Assembly (NCBI GenBank): GCA_030390025.1
Contig: CM059433.1
Coordinates: 74,834,001 to 74,898,000 of the forward strand
DNA: 64,000 bases
From: Squalus acanthias
Taxonomy: Eukaryota
Direction: 5' to 3'
Below the pieces are notes generated by a model that was not told where the DNA came from, did not search any database, and was given only the letters and a program-made list of their open reading frames with translations. Every line of letters begins with the position of its first letter. Position 1 is the stretch's first letter. Of this stretch, positions 25,925 through 37,091 are shown in pieces. The position numbers and the translations under genes are program-made.

Positions 25925-26895
25925 GAAATGCTGGAAATATTCAGCAGGTCAGGCAACATCTCGACCTGAGACATGGGGCTGGATTTTACCAGCCCTGAGG
26001 AGGCGGGTTTGGAGGCAGGACTGCTGGGAAAATCAAAAAGAATGGGAGCGGGTCCCAAACCCGCTCCCAACCCGCCCCCAAACAATCTTCTCAATTTGCG
26101 CAGGGACCCGACTCCTAGCGGCGGGAAGAAGATTATAGCCACTTAACTGCTTGTTAACAAGTGATTAACAGGCAGTTAAGAGGCTTTTTCCCATTTTAAG
26201 ACTTCTGCTGCGGGCTTCCCGACGTCGGGGAACCCCGCCAGGGTAAGTGAGGCGTGCTGTGGGTCTGTTGTAATGTTTGTGTATAGATGACAGCTGCAGA
26301 AGTAGTGTGAAGGATCCAATGGGACACTGGTGAGTATCAGAGGTAAGGAGATGTTGGAAGTGTTATTTTTAATGTGTTTAGATTTTTCTGTAGGTGACAA
26401 GCTTTGAAGTGTTTGTGTGGCCTCACCTCATTGAGAGAAGTGACAGATCGCTTCTGTAACCTCACCTGCAGCTGCCATCTGTTTTATCCTAAGGAGAGAA
26501 TCATTGGAGAGCCTGGGTAAAAGGGCTCACCTTTGTACAGTGATAGGCAGTGTTTGACAGCACCTCAATGCTGTCAAACACTGACAAATCATCTGTCAAA
26601 AATAAATGCTGCATGTCCCTTTAAGAAAACCGGCACATGAAGCGTCATCAACTGACGTCATCTGACACCGGCTTTCCCTTAATTGGCCAGCAAGCCCGCA
26701 GGGCAGGCTTAACAAGGTCAATCAGGGGAAAATAGCGTCTGTGCATCAGACGTCGCTGGGGGCGGGACTAGAACCCGGAAGGCAGCAGTCCCACCCCCAA
26801 CTTGTCTCAGCAGGTAAAATCCAGCCTGTGAACTCTGTTTCTCTCTCCACGGATGTTGCCTGACCTGCTGAGTATTTGCAGCATTTTCTGTCTTC
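25925..26895. mobile_element. Short inverted Penelope-like end, split by a Harbinger MITE
   Basis: aaatgctggaaatattcagcaggtcaggcaacatc (25926-25960) is inverted against gatgttgcctgacctgctgagtatttgcagcatttt (26852-26887). Same sequence family as the 9303/11546 element. Confidence 0.55.
25976..26827. mobile_element. Harbinger-type MITE (family B)
   Basis: TIRs gggctggattttacc / ggtaaaatccagcct, ATG/GTG TSD. Right arm related to family M; colinear with 60225-60923. Confidence 0.75.
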
Positions 26896-27640
26896 TCAGA
26901 GGCCTTTGTTTTCCATCCGAGACCTTGCAAGTGTCCAGCAGCGCTCCCTACACACTTAAAAAACTTTTAACATCTATTGCAGCAAACCACTACTTCAATA
27001 AAATCCAAAAAAAACCAGTCCAAAAGCTTAACTGCAAACTTACCTGAATTATGTGCATGTCCCTTTAAGAGCTGCAGACATCGCCACTGTCAGCCTGCTT
27101 GCACGCCAGGTTAACCTAGCGTGCTTAGGACCCAGTGCTGAATTCAGCGCTGGGGTCGAAGTTCGGCATGGTGACGGTCAGTCGATTGAAGTCACTACGC
27201 CACCATTTTTTCTTTCAGGGCGCTGCCATTTACCGGCAGCACAAATAGGGATACGAATATGGCGGCCACCGCGGGACCTACCAGCAGCTGATGAAAGAGC
27301 AGCAGCCACCATTTTATCGCCATTTCATGGTGCTACGGAGTGGCGCTTAGCAGATGACTTTCTAGCCCCTAATGTTTTATGCACACCGCCACATATCAGA
27401 AAGTGTGGAGAAGTCCACTATGAACTTGTGTGGGGTTCTGGCGCATGTCATCAGTCACCTCAATGGATAGTGCAGCTGGATTCTCCTTGGAGGGGTCAGT
27501 GGTACCAGTAGTAGCATCTCTCAAGGATGCTTATACTAGTAATATGTAGGCTATAGGCTCCACTAGACAGGCTGGGAAACCAAATGGATAGGGGCTTCAG
27601 TCGCATCATGGATTTCCTGCAGTCTGTAGGAAGTTCCCAA

Positions 27641-30485
27641 GAAGCACCAAGGGGCAGAAAACATTGGTGGGAGTTGTCTATAGGCCTCCAAACAGTAGTG
27701 ATAATGTAGGGGACGGCATCAAACAGGAAATTAGAGATGCATGTAACAAGGGTACTGACGTAAGAAAACTACTAGGCACTTGGTCTAAGTGTTAAACAAA
27801 GCTTTAATCAACTGTTTTACAACATGGAGATCTAGTTGTGTCCTTCACTAGTTCCTGTTAAGAATGTCCTGCGCAAGCTGGGCCCGTGCCAGAGTATTTA
27901 TACTCTCACTGGACAGCGCCACCCGCAGGCCACTCAGTATTATTTCATAAGTCTTTCTTTCATGAATGACAGATTCATGTCAGGTACTACAGTAATCATG
28001 GGTGACTTTAATCTACATATAAACTGGCCAAACCAAATTAGCAATAATACCGTGGAGGATGAATTCCTGGAGTGTGTACGAGATGGTTTTTTAGACCAGT
28101 ACGTTGAGGAACCAACTAGGGAACAGGCTATCCTAGATTGGGTATTGTGCAATGAGAAGGGGTTAATTAATAATCTTGTTGTGCAGGGTCCATCAGGGAA
28201 GAGTGACCATAACATGATAGAATTCTTCATTAAAATGGAAAGTGAAGTAGTCCAATCCGAAACTAGGGTCCTAAATCAAAACAAAGGAAACTACGAAGGT
28301 ATGAGGAGTGAATTGGCTATGATAGATTGGGGAACTTCATTAAAAGACATGATGGTGGATAGGCAATGGCTAACATTTAAGGAACGAATGCATGAATTGC
28401 AACAGTTATACATTCTTTCTGCTGCAAAAACACAAAAGGAAAAGCAGCCCAACCATGGCTAACAAAAGAAATTAAGGATCGTATTAGATCCAAAGAGGAG
28501 TCGTATAAAGTTGCCAGAAAAATTAGCAAGCCTGAGGATTGGGAGCAGTTTAGAGTTCAGCAAAAAAGGACCAAGAGATTGATTAAGAAGGGAAAAATAG
28601 AGTATGAGAGTAAACTTGCAAGGAACATAAAAGCAGACTGTAAAAGCTTCTACAAGTATGTAAAAAGAAAAAGATTAGTGAAGACAAATGTAGGTCCTTT
28701 ACAGTCAGAAACGGGAGAATTTATAATGGGGAACAAGGAAATGGCAGAGCAATTAAACAAATACTTTGGTTCTGTCTTCACGGAAGAGGACACAAATAAC
28801 TTCCCAGAAATACTAAGGAACCAAGGGTCTAGTGAGAAGGAGGAATTAAAGGAAATTAGTATTAGTAAAAAAATAGTGCTGGAGAAATTAATGGGACTGA
28901 AAGCTGATAAATCCCAGGGCCTGATAATCTGCATCCCAGAGTACTAAAACAGGTAGCCATGGAAATAGTGGATGCATTGGTTGTCATCTTCCAAAACTCT
29001 ATAGATTATGGGACAGTTCCTGCAGATTGGAGGGTGGCAAATGTAACCCCACTATTTAAAAAAGGAGGGAGAGAGAAAACAGGGAACTACAAACCGGTTA
29101 GACTAACATCAGTAGTAGGGAAAATGCTAGAGTCTATTATAAAGGATGTGATAACAGGACAATTAGAAAATATCAACGGGATTAGACAAAGTCAACATGG
29201 ATTTATGAAAGGGAAATCGTGTTTGACAAACCTACTTGAGGTTTTTGAGGATGTAACTGGTAGAATAGATAAGGGAGAACCAGTGGATGCGGTGTATTTG
29301 GATTTTCAGAAGGCCTTTGATAAAGTCCCACATAAGAGGTTAGTGTGCAAAATTAAAGCACATGGGATTGGGGGTAATATACTGGCATGGATTGAAAATT
29401 GGTTAACAGACAGGAAACAGAGAGTAGGAATAAATGGGTCTTTTTCGGGGTGGTAGGCGGTGACTAGTGGGGTACCGCAGGGATCAGTGCTTGGGCCCCA
29501 GCTATTCACAATATATATCAATGATTTGGATGAGGGAACCAAATGTAATATTTCCAAGTTTGCTGATGACATGAAACTAGGTGGGATTGTGAGTTGTGAG
29601 GAGGATGCAAAGAGGCTTCAAGGCGATTTAGACAAGTTGAGTGAGTGGGCAAATACATGGCAGATGCAGTATAACATGGATAAATGTGAAGTTATCCATT
29701 TCGGTAGGAAAAACAGAAAGGCAGAGTATTATTTAAATGGTGATAGATTGGGAAATGTTGATGTACAAAGGGACCTGGGTGTCCTTGTACACCAGTCACT
29801 GAAAGCAAACATGCAGGTGCAGCAAGCAGTTAGGAAGGCAAATGGTATGTTGGCCTTCATTGCAAGAGGATTTGAGTACAGGAGCAAGGATGTCTTACTA
29901 GAGTTATACAGGGCCTTGGTGAGACCACACCTGGAGTACTGTGTGCAGTTTTGGTCTCCTTACCTAAGAAAGGATATAATTGCCACAGAGGGAATGCAGC
30001 GAAGGTTCACCAGACTGATTCCTGGGATGGCAGGACTGTCGTATATGGAGAGATTGGGTCGACTAGGCCTGTATTCACTAGAGTTTAGAAGAATGAGAGG
30101 GGATCTCGTGGAAACGTATAAAATTCTGACAGGGCTAGACAGACTGGATGCAGGGAGGATGTTTCCCCTGGCTGGGGGGTCTAGAACGAGGGGTCACAGT
30201 CTCAGGATATGGGGTAGGACATTTAGGACTGAGATGAGGAGAAATTTCTTCACTCAGAGGGTGGTGAACCTGTGCAATTCTCTACCACAGAAGGTTGTGG
30301 AGGCCAAGTCACTGAATATATTTAAGAAGATAGATAGATTTCTAGACGCAAAAGGCATCAAGGGGTTTGGGGAGAGAGCGGGAATATGGTATTGAGATGG
30401 AGGATCAGCCATGATCATATTGAATGGCGGAGCAGGCTCGAAGGGCCGAATAGCCTACTCCTGCTCCTATTTTTCTATGTTTCTA
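27641..30485 (+). mobile_element. CR1 LINE ORF2 (endonuclease + RT), frameshifted, with 3' tail
   Basis: [51 protein letters not shown] motifs. Tail ends ...ctcctatttttctatgtttcta. Confidence 0.95.
27756..27982 (-). mobile_element. Solo LTR inserted in CR1
   Basis: TG...CA termini and GGTAC 5-bp TSD (27751-27755, 27983-27987). The CR1 sequence is restored on removal. Confidence 0.85.
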
Positions 30486-31099
30486 GATCAACGGGAGTGC
30501 TGAGCAGCAGGCAGTCGTGCAATGGGAATGGAACGTGTTTCTCTCTCACTCAGTATAAAAGCATGCTCGCATCCTCGCCACCCCCTCAACCAATACCAAT
30601 GCAATGTGCAGCCAAACCCTCTCAGGCTCGAGGAGCTCGAAGTTACTAACCATGAGCATCTCAAGAGCCTTCATCTGAGCCACAGCAGCCTTGCTGCAGC
30701 CACTAGAGGGGCATCTCATAGGAGTAGCAGAGTCGGTAAGAGCTCACTTAAGAAAAGTACTGTGGGCTCACATCTGGGTGATACTTAGTTTGCAGGAATT
30801 TGTATACGTGAGTAAAATTATGAACTATTCTGAAATCACTGTGTGCAGAATGCTCCTGTAATAGCTGTTGAGTCTAATATCAGATGACACATCAATGTTG
30901 GTCTTTAGATGGAAGTAATTAATTTAAGGGTGGAAGGACTGGGAGAGATGGTGGCTATGACTGTTAATGCAGGGGTTGGCGGTGCAGGGATTGTTCAACT
31001 GAAGCAGTCTTCAATGATCTGCTGCTGAAGAGCTCTAGCTGCAGGCTAATGTTGGTGCCCTCCAGCTTCTTTGCCATCCTCGATGTTATCTCTGTCGTC

Positions 31100-32200
31100 T
31101 CTATTATCTGATTGAAATTCCATATCCAATGGTGGCTATATATGTTGTCCCGATTGCAGACTAAAAGTACGGAGCATGCATCAAACCCTTATAATATGAG
31201 ACACTCTCTCAGAGTTGTATTGGAGGAAGCCACCAGACCTTTGCAAACAACAGACTTGTTTCTCGAGGACTCCAATTGTCTGCTCAATGAGGGCACTCGT
31301 CGACCCATGGATCTAGTTGTAGCGTAATTTGGCCAGCAAGTGCGAGTTTCTGAGAGGAGTTATGAGCAACGTTCCACTAAGCCGGGCAGTGGTCTGAAGG
31401 TCCTGCGCGGGCCGCTCACCAGCTTTTATATGGAAGAAACAGCGCTTATGCGAAAATTTCAATGGGCTGCGCAGCCAGTTAAAGGGACCGCGCACAAAAA
31501 AAAATAAGAGGGAATATTGTTTATGAGCCAAGTGTGCAGGGGATAGCACGTGGCCCCGAGCCACTATCCTCCCACTTGCTGTGCAGGGGCAAAGAGTGGG
31601 AGATGGAGGATTGTTGCAAGATAAGAACCTCACGGCAGCTGCCAGAATACTGGGCACAGGCCTGCATGATGTCCTGCTGATGGTCACACCAGTTGTACAT
31701 TAATGGAATAGAAGTCATTGCAATTCATGAAAGCAGTTGGCTTGTCTGTAGATGTCTGCATGGCGACGTGTGTGCAGCTAATGTTACCCTGGACTTGGGG
31801 AAATGCTTGCAAGCTGCGCAAACGCCTGAGCCCTATCCTGCTGTTTCCAGTTATCCATAGAGAATAAGATGAAATTGTTTGTTTTAGCAAACATAGCATC
31901 AGTCACTGGCTTAATAGAAGCATGAATTGCAGACTAACTGATTTTGCTGATAGCCCTTGCTAGAGCTTGGAAGATGCCTGAGGCAAAGAAGCTGAGGGCC
32001 GTAGATACCTTCACTGCAACAGGCAATGCAGTGCCAGTTGTAGCAGGTCTTGTTGCAGGAGGTGACACAGGTCTGTGACAGTCTCTCTGGTGATGCACAG
32101 CCTCCTTATGTACTGCTCCTCTGAGAAGTGCAGGTATGCAACTCTGCACCTCTGCAAGCTCTCCTCCTCCTCTGTGGTGTCCCAGCAGCTGAAATTCCAC
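31100..32200 (-). pseudogene. Decayed Harbinger (HARBI1-like) DDE transposase
   Basis: Colinear fragments: YLHFSEEQYIRRL..TRETVTDLCHLLQQDL; TALPVAVKVSTALSFFASGIFQ; FMNCNDFYSINVQLVCDH..IMQACAQYSGSC; YPLHTWLITPLRN; RYN*IHGSTSALIEQTIGVLEKQVCCLQRSGGFLQYNSERVSHII. Probable TIR gaaaattatcccc near 32673. Confidence 0.85.
31367..31519. mobile_element. hAT-type MITE inserted in the Harbinger transposase
   Basis: TIRs caacgttccact / agagggaatattg, 8-bp TSD gttatgag/tttatgag. Removal restores W-L-I-T-P-L-R-N. Confidence 0.75.
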
Positions 32201-33099
32201 ATGGTCCTTCCAGCTGTTATTGCTGCTCTTCTTCCTCTATCCAGAATAGAACAGCCAGAAAGATGCCCATTTTCAGAAAAAGAAAGTTGCTGGTATCCCA
32301 TGAAGCTCTGTGAAAGTTGTCCAGTTACAACAAGCAGTTAAAAAAGTGATTCTGTCGCTAAAAATGACTAAACTAACAGCAAGATGATTGTGAAATATTT
32401 GCAGGAATTTAAATGAGAGGAGGCAAGTGGCCCTTTAAGTAGTACCTATCACGCTGTACTGCCCACGATTTGTCGGCAGGTTGAGGAAGTGGCAGTGCTG
32501 ATTGACACGAAAATGTTAGTCAGGTCCTGAATATGACTTGAATATATTTATTAGGCCGCTGCCAGTTTTGAGCAGGAGAACTGTCCACTGAAATTGCCTA
32601 AAGTCACAATGGGCAGCCTTCCGGTGGTAAGCCTCCAAAAAAGGGGGCAGTAGCAAGATGAAAATTATCCCCTGAATATATTGTGCTAACATACTGAGGC
32701 TTGGACATGCATGGATACATTCTGGGCCGAGGTTGGAAGAGTTGTTTATGTGCTATATATAGAGACAAAAGGCCTGCTTTCCAGGTGTCGGGAATTTTAA
32801 TGTTGGCTTAGTGCTAGATGGAAAATAGTGCTCTTGGCATTATAACTTGCTTCGACAGTCTTAATGCCACGTTACACTTTCCAACCTGGGTTTAATTCAG
32901 TGATGAGCACAAACCACAATTGAATTAAAACACCAATTGAGCCAATTACTGGAGAAAGGGGGAGAATCCAATTAATTTATGGAAGTCAGTCATTTCTCTG
33001 TATTATGAAGTCCTTGCACAATGATAGCTATTCGCTTAATTATGAATAGGTAAGGATATCGCTGTCTAAAGCAAAGGAAGTGAAGGGTGGTTGTGCCTG

Positions 33100-33805
33100 C
33101 AGCTGCATCAGCGTGGAAGGAGATAACTAGCGAGATGCCTTGGGGAATTAGTGCTCAGGCTGTTACTATTTGCAATATACATAAATGATTGGGAAGTGAA
33201 GACATAAACAAAACACTCCAAATTTGCAAATGATACAAAACGAAAGGGACAATTAGCTACTGGTTACAGGCTGATTAAATACAGAAGGATGTGGATAGAT
33301 TAGGAGCGGGGCTGACGACTGGGAGAAGTTATTTTATGTGGACAAATGCAAAGTCATGAGATTGGGAACGGATAATAAACAGTGGCAATATAACGCTAAA
33401 GGTATAATTCTGCAGGTTACGACACAAAAGAGTGATTTGGGAATACTGGTGGATAGAATGCTGAAACCATCAGCACAGTGTACGGCTGCAGTAAAGCTTT
33501 CCAATGGGATCCTGAGACAAATGCCAGAGAAATAGAGCACAAATCTCAGGAGGTGACTCTGAGTTTCTATAGAGCTCTGGTCCAGCCCCACGTGGACTAT
33601 TGTATACAATTCTAGTCACCATATTATGAGAATGGTATCCAGACATTGGAGAGAAAGCAGTGATGGATAACTAAATTGATAGCTGACATTAGGCACCTGG
33701 ATAGTGAAAACAGGCTGGAGAAGCTGGGAATGTTTATGCTGGAGAAGGCTCTGGGGTGATCTCATTGAAGTACTCAAGATCCTAAAGGAAATATGCAAAA
33801 TAAAT
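33100..33805 (+). mobile_element. Old, highly decayed CR1 RT fragment
   Basis: SKFANDTK, VDKCKVMRLG, DLGILVDRMLKPSAQCTAAVK, RRLWGDLIEVLKIL. May continue at ~40000-40250. Confidence 0.75.
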
Positions 33806-34279
33806 GGCACTGAATCTCCTGAAAACCTGTGCCGAAACAAAGGTGTAAATATGGAGCAATGTCAATTTTCGGTGCAAATAATCAAAGAGATTCAGGCACA
33901 AGTGACCACCGCCCATCTTTAAGCTATGCCCGAATTTCCTCACTCTTTTATGCTGATTCTGTGAAACCTCCGCAAAATCCTTCTGCTGCTCATTAATATA
34001 GCCAGACCCCCATGCAAAAGTGCAGCTCGTGAGAACTTCCTGAATTTATGCTAATTCTGAATGGGCTGTAAATTTACACCTAAAATTTTAGGTGCAACAG
34101 GATCCAAAGTTATATTTCTGGTGTTTCACGGTGATTTTTATTTTATTTCTCCTCACTGATACCTGTAATGTATTGTCTGTATCTTTGAATGCATTTTTAT
34201 GACACCAGAATGTGTTACATTAAAAACTGAAAAATGTTCACGACTGCGATTTCTTAAACATGCTATAACTAATGTGCAT

Positions 34280-34903
34280 AGAAGTGTGAAGTGATGCATT
34301 TTGGAAGGAAGAATGAGGACAGGCAATATAAACTAAATGGTACAATTTTAAAGGGCGTGCAGGAAGAGAGAGATCTGGGGGGTTCACATAAACAAAACTT
34401 TAAAGGTTGTAGGACAAGTTGAGAAGGTTGTTAAAAAAGCATACGATATCCTTGGCTTTATTAATAGAGGCATCGAGTACAAAAGCAAAGAAGTTATGCT
34501 GAACCATTATAAAACACTGTTTAGGCCTCAGCTAGAGTATTGTGTGCAATTATGGACACCACACTTTAGGAAATATGTCAAGGCCTTGGAGAGGATGCAG
34601 AGGAGATTTACTATAATGATAGCAGGGATGAGGGACTTCAGTTATGTGAAGAGACTAACGAAGCTGGCATTGTTTTCCTGAGGGCAGAGTAGGTGATTTA
34701 ATAGATCTGTTTAAATTATGAAGGGTTTTGATAGAGTAAATACGGAGAACATTCTGGCCGGAGGGTGGGTAACCAGAGGACACAGATTTAAAATAATTGG
34801 TGAAAGAACCAGAAAGGAGATGAGGAGAAATTGTTTGATGCAGCGAGTTATTATGATCTGGAATTCACTCACTGCCTGAAAAGGTGGTGGAAGCAGATTC
34901 ATA
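34280..34903 (+). mobile_element. CR1 3' fragment (first part; continues at 39578-39755)
   Basis: [17 protein letters not shown]...ERMQRRFT. Breaks at gaagcagattc-ata. Confidence 0.85.
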
Positions 34904-35405
34904 GGGGGAGAAATTCAGTATCGCCCCATTTGGGGCGCAATTATCAGCCGGGCGCAAAGATTAGCGCCTGGCGCAAATTATCGCCACCGACTGCAAACTT
35001 GACTTTTATCGCCTCTGGAGGTGATTGGAGCGCTAAATCAGGCACTGCACACCTGTCTTAAGGCGCAAAGGCCGAGGAGCGAGGCGCTACCTCAGAGCGC
35101 TGGCGAAGCTCATGTAATGTCAGTCAGCAATGGAACACACACACAATGGCACGGGCCAGTTCTTAAAGGGGATGATTAATCTTGCTTTCCATCCACATCC
35201 TGCTCATTGCAGCCTTGAATCTCGGCCTCGAGAGACCTGCACATCAAATCTGCTGGAAAAAACAATGGAGAGTACCAGGCAAAGAGCTCAGAGTGCAGCC
35301 CCCACAGTCTCTTCTAAATCGATACAAGGAATGGCAAATCAAAATGAACCTGCAAAGTGCTGCTCAGTACCCAAAACTCCTTCACACAACGTTGAATCTC
35401 TCCAG

Positions 35406-35440
<35 letters not shown>

Positions 35441-35808
35441 AATGCGTAGTTCAAAAATGGAACCAACAATAAAAGGCAGGAAGCGGTCACCTTTAAATAG
35501 CGCTCCCCCTTTCCGTTCATGACTGCAGAACGCTCCCCTCAACCTGTCGTTGCTAGCATCAGGCGGTAAGGCAGGGGGCGCCACTCAATATCCACTCCGG
35601 GGCGATACCGGGGCGTTGCGCACTCGACTGACGTCATGATCTGCTGGCGCAGGAGATCGTGGCGGTAGTGTTTAGCGCCGCCGCAAAATGTCTAGTTAAT
35701 TTCGCGAGCGGCGCAAACTTTGCCACGCCTGGGCGCTAGATGCTTTGCGCCCCATTAGCGCCCTCTTAAGGCGCTAACGGGAGGCGCAACCAACTGAATT
35801 TTTCCCCC
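34904..35808. mobile_element. Harbinger-type MITE (family C, ends related to family A) with internal (TC)15
   Basis: TIRs gggggagaaattcagt / actgaatttttccccc, ATA TSD, (TC)15 at 35409-35438. Confidence 0.85.
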
Positions 35809-35819
35809 ATAGAGTCATA

Positions 35820-36340
35820 GGCCTAAGGCGCTAACGGAGCGCAAAGCAACTGGCGCCCGGGCGTGGCGCCGCCAACACCTCCCGCAAAATTCAGCGGGAG
35901 GTTAGCAGCGGCGGGAACCGTTAGCGCCGTGCGGCGCTGCGCCGCAGGCGATGACATCATCGCGTGCGTAGTGCCCCGCCCACGCCCCGGCCGCAAGCTT
36001 CGGTAGCGCCCCCTGACTTACCGCCGGACGCTATGTCCAACAGGGTCAGGGGAGCCTACTTGCGGCCGGGGCGGCACAAATTAAAGGGGAGGTGCTGGGC
36101 GGCCATTTTTGTTGCTGGCAGCCTGCCAGCAGCTGCCCTCTCTGCCGTCCCCGGCCTCCTCTGAAACCCCCCCCCCCCGCGGAGTGCCGGCTGCGCTCCG
36201 TAAGCCCAGCACTTCTCGTGAGTGCCAGGCTCTTTTGCCGATGAATTTTGGCCGCGGGGGCGCTAATTTATTCGGGGCGCTAAAAGTAGCGCCCTGGCAA
36301 AGTTAGTGCCCCAAATGGGCCCCAACTCAATTTTTCCCCC
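35820..36340. mobile_element. Family-A MITE, internally deleted
   Basis: Begins ggcctaa, ends ctcaatttttccccc, ATA on both flanks. Confidence 0.8.
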
Positions 36341-36343
36341 ATA

Positions 36344-37091
36344 GAGCTACTTTTAGCAGCCCGAAAAAATTCACGCCCCCGCGCCCAAGATTCAGTGCTA
36401 GTGCCCCAAGAGGGAGGTGGGGCGTTGCTGGATGCACCCCGCCTCCCTCTTGGGGCGCTGCGAGTGAATATTGCGGCGCTACGTGTCGCAGCTCCATGCG
36501 CTGCGGCACGTCACGCCGCGGTACTGCAGGCCTTCCTCCCCTTATTAAAGGGGAGGGGTCTAGCGCAGCGCGGCCCAGGGCCTAGCTGGGCCACCAGGGA
36601 TCGGAGTGCCGGCAAGAGAGCCCGGCACTCAAGAGAAGTGCTGGGCTCATGGAGCGCAACCGACACTCCGCGGGGGGGGGGGGCTGGAGAGGAGGCCGGG
36701 GACGGGAGAGGAGGCCGGGGACAGAAGAGGGGGCAGGTGCTGGCAGGCGGCCAGCAACAAAAATGGCCGCCCGGCACCTCCCCTTTAATTTGCGCCGCCC
36801 TGGCCGCAGGTAGGCCCCCCTGACCCCGTCGGACATAGCGTCCGGCAGTAAGTCAGGGGGCGCTACCGAAGATCGCGGCCGGGACACAAGCGGGGCACTG
36901 CGCATGGTGATGACATCATCGCCGGCGGTGCAGCGCCGCGGGGTGCAAACGGTTACCGCCTCCGCTAACCTCCCGCTGAATTTTGCGGGAGGCGTTGGCA
37001 GCGCCGCCCCCAGGCGCTAGTTGCTTTGCGCCCAGTTAGCGCCATCTTAGGGCACTAACGGGAGGCGCAAATCAACTGACTTTTTTAGGCC
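36344..37091. mobile_element. Family-A MITE, inverted relative to 35820-36340, left TIR missing
   Basis: Colinear with 6370-7071; ends tttttaggcc followed by ATA. Confidence 0.8.

Noticed and set aside
24443-27982. A full LTR retrotransposon bounded by the two direct LTR copies
   Set aside because: Each LTR has its own distinct 5-bp TSD, the second sits inside a CR1, and the interval has no gag/pol sequence.
27836-30395. Active CR1 reverse transcriptase
   Set aside because: 5'-truncated, with frameshifts, an in-frame stop and an LTR insertion. The other CR1 copies are also broken.
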